From NCBI GenBank assembly GCA_965204745.1, contig OZ242010.1, positions 1,536,001-1,600,000 on the forward strand: DNA of 64,000 nucleotides, given 5' to 3'. This document shows, piece after piece, positions 19,354 to 27,474 of the stretch. Every line of letters starts with the position of its first letter. Within the stretch, counting starts at the first letter, position 1. The stretch comes from Candidatus Latescibacterota bacterium (GTDB lineage: Bacteria; Latescibacterota; UBA2968). The notes beneath the pieces were generated by a model. That model did not search any database. It saw nothing but the letters and a program-made list of their open reading frames with translations, and was not told the DNA's origin. Position numbers and translations under genes: made by a program.

Positions 19354-20687
19354 AGCCGAATATCCTGATGATGATCGCAGACGATGCGACCTACAACGAC
19401 CTGTCCCTGTACGGCGGGCAAAATGTCGAGACGCCCAACATCGACCGCCTCGCACGCCAAGGGTTGGTCTTCAACCGGGCGTACCTGCCCATGGCCATGT
19501 GCAACCCGTGCCGAACCGCGCTCTACACGGGCTTGCACCCGGCCCGCAATGGCTCGTGCTGGAACCACTCTGCCGCGCGCCCGGGCACCAAAAGCCTGCC
19601 GCACTACCTCGGCGACCTCGGCTATCGGGTGGGCCTGTGCGGCAAAAAGCACGTCGGGCCGCACAATTGTTTTCCATTTGAAAACGTGCCGGGCATCGAG
19701 GGCGGGTGCGTGCATCCCAATCCCGAGTTCGGCGTTGCGGGGATTCGCGCATTTATCGGGCAAAATTCAGACGCGCCCTTCTGTCTCGTGGTCGGGCTTT
19801 TCGAACCGCACGCGCCGTGGACCTTGGGCGATCCCGATCATTTCGATCTCGACGCGCTCAAACTGCCGCCCTACATGGCCGACACGCCCGAAACGCGCAG
19901 TGATTACGCCAAATACCTCGCAGAAATAGAAGTGTTAGACAGGGAAATCGGCGACATTCTCGGCGTGTTGGACCAAAGCGGCCGGGCAGATGATACGATA
20001 GTGATTTTCACATCCGAGCAGGGGTCGCAGTTTCCCGGCTGCAAGTGGACGAACTGGAACACGGGCGTCCACACCGGGTTCGTCGTCCGCTGGCCCGGCA
20101 AGGTCGCGCCGGGCTATACGGATGCGATCATCCAGTACGAAGACGTCACCCCCACGCTGATCGATGCTGCGGCCGGGAATCCGCAGGCGATAGACTTCGA
20201 TGGCTCGAGCTTTTTGCCCGTGCTCTTGGGCGATTCAGACGCGCATCGGGAACACGCCTATTTTATACACAACAACATCCCCGAAGGCCCGCCCTATCCG
20301 ATTCGCGCAGTGACGGATGGCACTTACCACTACATCCGCAATCTCACGCCCGAGGCGATCTACATCGAGAAGCATCTGATGGGGCCGAACAAATGGCACC
20401 AATACTGGCCCACTTGGGTCGCGGATACGACGTTCAATGAACACACGCGCTTTGTCGTGACGCGCTACATGCACCGCCCGGCCGAGCAACTGTACCGCAT
20501 GGACGACGACCCGTGCGAGATGACCAACCTCGTCGACGACCCGACCCACGCGGCGGCAAAAGAACGCCTATCCGCCGAACTCGACCGATGGATGGCCCAA
20601 CAGGGCGACCCCGGCGCCGAGATCGACACCCAAGCCCAATGGCAAGCCGCCAAACAGGGCAGGCATTTTGAACGGCAGTGCGGATAG
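19350..20687 (+). CDS. Sulfatase (sulfamidase/N-sulfoglucosamine sulfohydrolase-like)
   Basis: PNILMMIADD, CNPCR, GKKHVGP, EPHAPW. Confidence 0.9.
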   Translation: MKPNILMMIADDATYNDLSLYGGQNVETPNIDRLARQGLVFNRAYLPMAMCNPCRTALYTGLHPARNGSCWNHSAARPGTKSLPHYLGDLGYRVGLCGKKHVGPHNCFPFENVPGIEGGCVHPNPEFGVAGIRAFIGQNSDAPFCLVVGLFEPHAPWTLGDPDHFDLDALKLPPYMADTPETRSDYAKYLAEIEVLDREIGDILGVLDQSGRADDTIVIFTSEQGSQFPGCKWTNWNTGVHTGFVVRWPGKVAPGYTDAIIQYEDVTPTLIDAAAGNPQAIDFDGSSFLPVLLGDSDAHREHAYFIHNNIPEGPPYPIRAVTDGTYHYIRNLTPEAIYIEKHLMGPNKWHQYWPTWVADTTFNEHTRFVVTRYMHRPAEQLYRMDDDPCEMTNLVDDPTHAAAKERLSAELDRWMAQQGDPGAEIDTQAQWQAAKQGRHFERQCG

Positions 20688-20727
20688 AAGCCCTAAGTGT
20701 GATACACTTGGCGAAGATGGGAATGAC

Positions 20728-22014
20728 ATGAAAATGAACGCGGAAACGACTCGCCCTCAAGAGCAGGGCAACACCGAAGATTTGCCGGCTCTCGATGGGG
20801 AATGGGAAATGAAGCGGTTGGGAGATATCGCGTCATTTTTCAAGGGGTCAGGGCTGTCCAAGGCCGATCTGTCCCCCGATGGAAAAAGACGCTGTATCCT
20901 CTATGGAGAACTTTTTACAACTTATGGAGAACGTATCACAGAAGTTCTACACGGGACTAACCGGGAGGGTGCATTCTTTTACTCTCTTCAAAACGATGTG
21001 CTCATGCCTACCTCGGATGTAACTCCAAATGGTTTAGCGACGGCAAGCTATATCCCATTCTCAGGTATTATCCTTGGTAGCGACATTCTCGTCATTCGCG
21101 CTCCAGAACACCTTATCAACGGAGAGTTTCTCGCTTACACAATCAAGGTACACCGCAACCAAGTGATGCGACTCGTATCCGGCACGACGGTCTTTCATTT
21201 GTATGGGCGTGACATGGCGAACTTTAGATTTTACGCACCCAGTGTAAAAGAGCAACGCGCCATCGCCGAGGTGTTGTCGGATGTGGATGGCCTAATCCAG
21301 TCATTGGACGCGCTGATCGCCAAGAAGCGCGCCATCAAGCAGGCCACCATGCAACAACTTCTCACCGGCAAGACGCGCCTGCCGGGGTTCAGCGGGGCGT
21401 GGGAGACGAAGCGGTTGGGAGAGATTGGAGAAATTTCCGGTGCTGGAGTTGACAAAAAGATCAGACCGAACGAAGTTATGGTCCGACTCGTGAACTACCT
21501 CGACGTCTATCGCAAGACGTTTCTATACTCGAAAGATCTCGTGCAAGAAGTTTCTGCGAAACAGGACCAAGTACGGCGCTGTTCGGTAAATAAAGGCGAC
21601 ATCTTTTTCACTCCAACCTCTGAGGTACGCGATGATATCGGTCGATCCGCAGTCGCCATGGAAAACATTTCAGACGGGGTATATAGCTATCACGTCGTCC
21701 GCTTGCGGTTGAATACAAATTGGGACCTTCGATTTCGAGCTTACGCCTTCGATACAAAAGATTTCTACGATCAAGCGAGCCTGTCATGCGAAGGAAGCGG
21801 AACGCGCTATGTCATCACCCTTCCAAGATTCCGAGCGATCACTATTCGTTTCCCTCCAACGACGGAAGAACAATCTGCTATCGCCGCCATCCTCTTTGAC
21901 ATGGACGCCGAGATCGCCGCGCTGGAGCGACGCCGGGATAAGACCTGTGCCATCAAGCAGGGGATGATGCAACAACTCCTCACGGGACGGATTCGGCTGG
22001 TTAAATCGGAGTAA
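20728..22014 (+). CDS. hsdS: Type I restriction-modification specificity subunit (orphan); start uncertain within 20668-20734
   Basis: Two TRDs, each followed by an EQ(R/S)AIA...IKQxxMQQLLTG conserved helix. Confidence 0.92.
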   Translation: MKMNAETTRPQEQGNTEDLPALDGEWEMKRLGDIASFFKGSGLSKADLSPDGKRRCILYGELFTTYGERITEVLHGTNREGAFFYSLQNDVLMPTSDVTPNGLATASYIPFSGIILGSDILVIRAPEHLINGEFLAYTIKVHRNQVMRLVSGTTVFHLYGRDMANFRFYAPSVKEQRAIAEVLSDVDGLIQSLDALIAKKRAIKQATMQQLLTGKTRLPGFSGAWETKRLGEIGEISGAGVDKKIRPNEVMVRLVNYLDVYRKTFLYSKDLVQEVSAKQDQVRRCSVNKGDIFFTPTSEVRDDIGRSAVAMENISDGVYSYHVVRLRLNTNWDLRFRAYAFDTKDFYDQASLSCEGSGTRYVITLPRFRAITIRFPPTTEEQSAIAAILFDMDAEIAALERRRDKTCAIKQGMMQQLLTGRIRLVKSE

Positions 22015-22034
22015 TCTATGGCAGTTAGGTACTC

Positions 22035-22394
22035 GGACCTATCCCCCCGTTACGTTACTCGCTCCGCTTCGTTGTAGGCTACGCCTGTGCCTGTGAGGAA
22101 GGGGGAACGAGGATCGGTTTTGCGAGGGTATTGATGAGGGATTTTTAATCGCGCCCTATCGGGACCTACCCCCCTAACCCCCGTTACTCGCTCCGCTTCG
22201 TTGTAGGCTACGCCTGTGCCTGTGAGGAAGGGGGGAATGGCGAGAGGGTTTGTGAGGGATTTGCACGAGAGGTTTTTGGGGTTCATGGCGTGCTCCAGTC
22301 GCTCAAAGCCATCAGAACAGCCAGGGATACAAACCTTCAAAAAGCCATGCGCTCCCCCTTTCCTTGTAGGAAAGGGGGCCGGGGGGATAGGTCC
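22035..22394 (+). repeat. MITE-like GGACCTA...TAGGTCC element (core 22162-22394) plus a partial upstream copy
   Basis: Near-identical reverse-complement copy at 34978-35262; related copies at 45175, 50654 and 58211. Confidence 0.85.
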
Positions 22395-22461
22395 TAGGAG
22401 GAAGGGGGAATAACATCTCTGCGTTGCGGGGAAGAACTGGAGGAGGGGGCATCATTTGTTT

Positions 22462-23240
22462 TTAGGTTCTGTTGACATTTTGTTTTAGAGCGATGAGCGT
22501 GGCCGCAAAAGCGAGAAAGCCTCGATAACTCGTGCTGAGTTTCTCAAAGCGAGCGAATATCCTGCGATACTGCTTCATTTTTCCAATCAACCGCTCAATC
22601 AAATTGCGTTGCTTATACCGATGGCGATCATAATCACGCGGGGTCTTGCGATAAGACCGGGGCGGAATCACGGCAACCTGTCCATGGTGAGAAAGGACGT
22701 CCAGAAACGCTTGTGAATCATAGCCCTTATCCGCGATGACAGATCGGCTCTCATACCCAGCGATTAACGCTTCGGCTTGCGTGATATCGTGGGTTTGTCC
22801 CGGTGTGAGTCGAAACCGGAGCGGGAGGCCACGCGCATCTGTGCAGAGATGGATTTTGGTGCTGAACCCGCCTCGGCTCTTGCCGAGGGCTTGCGCGGCT
22901 TGCCCCCCTTTTTTTTTGAGGCACCCGCTGCACAGGCATGAGCACGCACGACAGTGCTGTCAATGATCAGACATGCCAAGTCTGGATCAGACGTAAAATG
23001 CTGGTGCATGCGTTCCCACACGCCATACCGGCACCAGCGAGCAAAGCGTTTATAGACTGTGTTCCACTTCCCGTACTGTGCGGGCAACTGACGCCACTGA
23101 CCACCCGAGCGCATCACCCACAGAACCGCTTCAATGAAGCGTTTGCAACCGGCTTCCTCGCCGACATAGACGCGAGGGCATTCGCGGATGAATGCGAGAA
23201 TTTTAGGCCACTGATTCGGAGAAAGAATAAGGTTTGACAT
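22462..23240 (-). CDS. IS5 transposase, two ORFs joined by a -1 frameshift at A9G6 (22903-22917)
   Basis: OrfA IDSTVVRAH; OrfB translated manually as GKSRGGFSTKIH...ADKGYDS...RNLIER with no stops. Confidence 0.9.
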
Positions 23241-23282
23241 ACACACAGAGTAACTCAAAATATCCCAAATGTCAACAGAACC
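22465..23282 (-). mobile_element. IS5-family insertion sequence (IS427-like group), 818 bp
   Basis: Perfect 16-bp IRs GGTTCTGTTGACATTT / AAATGTCAACAGAACC, flanked by TA on both sides. Confidence 0.93.
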
Positions 23283-23572
23283 TAGACACGTTCTAAGGGG
23301 CGATCCGATACTGGATGACTCGTTGAGGTCTTTGGGCGATTGGTCGAGGCTTGCTTCTTACTCGTTTTCTACTCTTAATTCGCATTGTCAGTTGTCAGTT
23401 GTCAGTTGTCAGTCCCCGCGCCCAACCCCTTCGGTGAGACGTAAGACGGGAGCGGTGAGGCAAACCCTTCGTAGGGACAGGGCCCCGTGCCTGTCCGAAG
23501 AAATACAAAAAGCGAATGAGCCGTTGTGCCCATCCGCCGAATCGCCGGTTCGTAAATTTTTTGGAGAATATC

Positions 23573-25131
23573 ATGATCCGCTATTTATTTTTGGCAATTT
23601 TGATGGTGATAACCGCTTGTAGCCAACAGGCCGAGCGCAAGCGCACGCTCGTTTTTGGGCGCGGGGGGGATTCCGTGGGGTTGGATCCCGCGCTGGAGAC
23701 GGATGGCGAGTCGTTTAAGGTGTGCGATAATATTTACGAGACCCTCGTCACCTTTGTGCCCGAGCGCACGGACTTGGCGCCGGGGTTGGCGACTTCATGG
23801 GAGGCGTCCACAGATGGGTTGACGTGGACGTTTCACCTGCGAGAGGGCGTGGTTTTTCACGATGGCCTGCCCTTCAACGCGGATGCGGTGGTGTTTTCAT
23901 TGGCGCGGCAGTTCAAGGCCGATCACCCGTTTCACAAGGTGGAAGGCGCGTATCAATACTGGTCGAGCATGTCGATGAGCGAGATCGTGAAAGATGTGCG
24001 TGCGATAGACGATGCGACTGTGGCGATTGATTTGAAGCGGCCCAACGCGCCGTTTCTGTCCAATTTGGCGATGAATTTCTGCGCCATTGTCAGTCCGTCT
24101 GCGGTCGAAAAATGGGGAGCTGATTTTGCGCGGCATCCCGTTGGCACGGGCCCGTTTCGGTTTGTCGATTGGATCAAGGACGACCGCGTTGTGCTGGAGC
24201 GCAATCCCGATTACTGGGGGCCGGCGCCCAAAATTGACCACCTCATTTTCAGGAGCATTCCGGAAAATTCCGTGCGCTTGATCGCGCTGACGCAAGGGGC
24301 GATTGACGGCATGGATAACTTGGTGCCCGATTTTTGCCGACCATTGAATCGCACGACCACCTCGCGTTGCTGTCGCAACCCGGAATGAATGTGGGCTATT
24401 TGGCGATGAACATGGACAAAGAGCCGTTTCAAAAACTCGCTGTGCGCCGCGCCATCAACCACGCGATAGACAAGCAGGCGTTGATCGACAATTTGTATCA
24501 GGGCTTGGCGATCCCCGCGGTCAATCCCATTCCGCCCACGCTTTGGAGTTATCGCACGGAGACGCCGGGTTATGAATACGATCCGGAGAAGGCCAAAACC
24601 CTCTTGGCCGAGGCGGGCTTTTCAGATGGGTTCGAGACCACGCTTTGGGCCATGCCCGTTCCCCGGCCGTATATGCCGCAGCCCTTGAAAATTGCCGAGG
24701 CCATTCAAGCCGATTTGCAAGCGGTGGGGATCAAAGCGGAGATCGTCACGTTTGAGTGGGGGACGTATCTGGACAATGTTCAGCGCGGGCAGCACGATAT
24801 GGCCCTGTTGGGATGGACGGGCGACAATGGGGATCCGGACAATTTCCTCTATGTTTTGCTGGACAAGAGCGCGACGCAAAAGCCGGCCAACAACATCGCG
24901 TTTTACCGCAGCGACCCCCTGCACGAGGTTTTGGTGGCCGCGCAAAAGGAGTCGGACAAAGCCAAACGCACGGCCCTGTATCAAAAGGCACAGGAGATTG
25001 TATTTCATGACGCGCCCTGGGTGCCGCTGGTACACGCGACCCAAACCGCGGCCTTTCACACTCGGGTCACCGGGTTCAAGCTACACCCGACCGGAAACAA
25101 GTGGTTTTACGATGTGGCAGTGGGGGAGTGA
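23573..25131 (+). CDS. ABC peptide-binding lipoprotein (DppA-like), frameshifted near 24331-24335
   Basis: Lipobox ITAC, LDP, PVGTGPF; a T5 run where T6 would restore ...PDFLPTIES... Confidence 0.85.
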
Positions 25132-25243
25132 AAGGCGGGAGAGGTGAGACGGGAGAGGTGAGACGGGAGAGGTAAGAGGTGAGAGGCAAGAGGGCCGCCC
25201 AACGCCCAACCGCAGGTGAGACGGAAGATACAAGAGGGTAGGT

Positions 25244-26017
25244 CTAAAAAATAGATGCCATCCATCCGCCATCTACGGGCAGGGCGGTGCCCGTGATCCA
25301 CGCGGCGTCATCAGATGCGAAAAACACCGCGGCCTTGCCGATATCTTCGGGCAGGCCCAAGCGCGGGAGCGGGGTCTTGGCGCGACTGTCTTCTATGTCC
25401 TGCGGCGTGAGATAATCCTGAATGGGCGTTTCGATATAGCCCGGGCAAATCGCATTTACCGTCGCCCCAAAAGGCGCGAGTTCCAAAGCCGTATCGCGCG
25501 TCAGATTCACCACGCCCGCCTTTGACGCGGCATACGCAGGGCCACCACCCCCGCCAAACGCCTGCACAGACGCGATGTGGATGATCCGCCCGGATGGCTT
25601 CTTCAGATGGGGCATGGCAAATTTGCTCGCCACGTACACTGCGCGCAGGTTCACGGCCATCATCGCGTCATAGTCCTCAATGGTCGTCTCTTCAATCCCT
25701 CCCGGAATCGCAATCCCCGCATTGTTGACCAAAATATCCAGCCCCCCAAACGCGGAAACCGCCTGATGGATCGCACGGCTCACGGCTTGATCGTCCGACA
25801 CATCGGTTTGCACAAACAGCCCGTTCGCGCCCAGATTTTCCAATTCCTCAACTGTGGAGGTGGTCAAATCCGTCTCGTGGTACTTGCCCTGTTTGGGCGT
25901 TTCCCGAATATCGGCCACCACCACTTGCGCGCCTTCTCGCGCCAGTGCCAAGGCAATGCCCCGCCCAATGCCGGAACTCGCCCCGGTGACCAATGCCACG
26001 CGCCCGCTGAGTTTCAT
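25244..26017 (-). CDS. Short-chain dehydrogenase/reductase
   Basis: TGASSGIG, NNAG, YAASK, VNAICPG, VDGG. Confidence 0.93.
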   Translation of the reverse strand: MKLSGRVALVTGASSGIGRGIALALAREGAQVVVADIRETPKQGKYHETDLTTSTVEELENLGANGLFVQTDVSDDQAVSRAIHQAVSAFGGLDILVNNAGIAIPGGIEETTIEDYDAMMAVNLRAVYVASKFAMPHLKKPSGRIIHIASVQAFGGGGGPAYAASKAGVVNLTRDTALELAPFGATVNAICPGYIETPIQDYLTPQDIEDSRAKTPLPRLGLPEDIGKAAVFFASDDAAWITGTALPVDGGWMASIF

Positions 26018-26129
26018 AGCCCTCTCCTTGTATCTTTAGGCGAGCACGGAAGCATCGCCCCTACATACTGCTCATCTTTGAACTGGCTATCGCCAGTTGT
26101 ACCCCGCTCGTGGCTAAAATCCCATCTTT

Positions 26130-27326
26130 CTATTTTCCCAACACCTGGGCAATCGCCTCGCACAATGGCCCCACATTATCCCGCGTGATGCCCGCCACAT
26201 TGATCCGCCCCGAACCGACCATGTAGATCGAAAACCGCTCGCGCAGGGCATCCACTTGTTGCGGGGTCAGCCCGGTGAGCGAAAACATGCCCCGTTGCTG
26301 TGCGATGAACGAAAAATCGCGCCGCACCCGGTTGGTCTCGAGCGCATCCACAAACAGGCGGCGCATGCCATTGATGCGGTCGCGCATGGCCTTGACTTCG
26401 TTCTCCCACTGTGCGCGCAATTCCGGATCCATAAGCACGGTTCGCACGACTTGCGCCCCGTGCGATGGCGGGTTGGAATACCCGGTGCGAATGCAAATTT
26501 TGATGTGGCTCATCGCCTTTTCAACGGCCCCTGCATTTTCCGACACAATGGTCAACGCGCCCACCCGCTCGCGGTACAGGCCAAAATTTTTGGAAAACGA
26601 ACTCGCCACCAACAACTCGCCACCGGGCCGGCTCAATGCCCGAAGCCCAACCGCATCTTCCGCAAACCCATTGCCCAAGCCGCGATAGGCAAAATCCACG
26701 AGGGGAATGATGCCGCGCTCTGCGATCACGTCGGCAATGCGCGTCCACTGCTCGGCAGAGGGATCGACCCCGGTCGGATTGTGACAACACCCGTGCAACA
26801 CCACCACGTCACCCGCGGGAATTTGCCCGAGATCGTGGATGAAGGCGTCAAAATTGAGACCGTGAGACGCGGGGGCGTAATACCGGTAGGTGGATGTCGG
26901 CACGACCGCAGAGTCAAAAATTTTCGGGTGATTCGCCCAGGTGGGATCGCTGATCCACACGCGGGCCTGGGGAAAGTGCTGGTGGATAAAATCGCCCGCA
27001 ATCCGCAACGCGCCGGTGCCGCCCGGGGTTTGCGCCGTGCGTACCCGCCCGCGGGTCACAATCTCGTGATCCTCGCCCCACAACAGGGCCTGCACGGCTC
27101 GGTTATACGCCTCATCGCCATCGATGCCCAAATAGTTCTTGGTGTCTTCCTGCGCGAGCAGGCGTTCTTCCACTGTTTTGACGCATTCCAAAATGGGCGT
27201 CTTTCCATCGCCATCTCGGTACACGCCAATGCCGAGGTTTATCTTGTTGGGGTTCGCGTCCTTTTCGTACGCGTCGGTCAACCCCATAATGGGATCCGCA
27301 GGTGCCATTGCCAACGCTTCAAACAT
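26130..27326 (-). CDS. aspC: Aspartate/aromatic amino acid aminotransferase
   Basis: APADPIMGL, TPGGTGAL, HNPTG, SFSKNFGLYRERVG, GRINVAG. Confidence 0.93.
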   Translation of the reverse strand: MFEALAMAPADPIMGLTDAYEKDANPNKINLGIGVYRDGDGKTPILECVKTVEERLLAQEDTKNYLGIDGDEAYNRAVQALLWGEDHEIVTRGRVRTAQTPGGTGALRIAGDFIHQHFPQARVWISDPTWANHPKIFDSAVVPTSTYRYYAPASHGLNFDAFIHDLGQIPAGDVVVLHGCCHNPTGVDPSAEQWTRIADVIAERGIIPLVDFAYRGLGNGFAEDAVGLRALSRPGGELLVASSFSKNFGLYRERVGALTIVSENAGAVEKAMSHIKICIRTGYSNPPSHGAQVVRTVLMDPELRAQWENEVKAMRDRINGMRRLFVDALETNRVRRDFSFIAQQRGMFSLTGLTPQQVDALRERFSIYMVGSGRINVAGITRDNVGPLCEAIAQVLGK

Positions 27327-27474
27327 AATGCCTCCGTAGAGATCGGGATTTCGGAATTTCGGGATTCGCAGCCGAAGATACACACGCACGCGATAAAATG
27401 CAAACATGCCTTAGGCGATCTGCGGTTGGGTGGTCAGGTGGCCCTCTTGCCTCTTACCTCTTGCGTCTTACCTC

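Noticed and set aside
22050-22413. Recurring short ORFs (KVCIPG.../PGIQTF...) at 22050, 34776, 50706 and 58090
   Set aside because: Translations of the dispersed MITE-like repeat; starts and stops are not conserved between copies
6610-22460. tRNA-Leu-anchored integrative island
   Set aside because: No integrase and no duplicated tRNA 3' end noticed by eye
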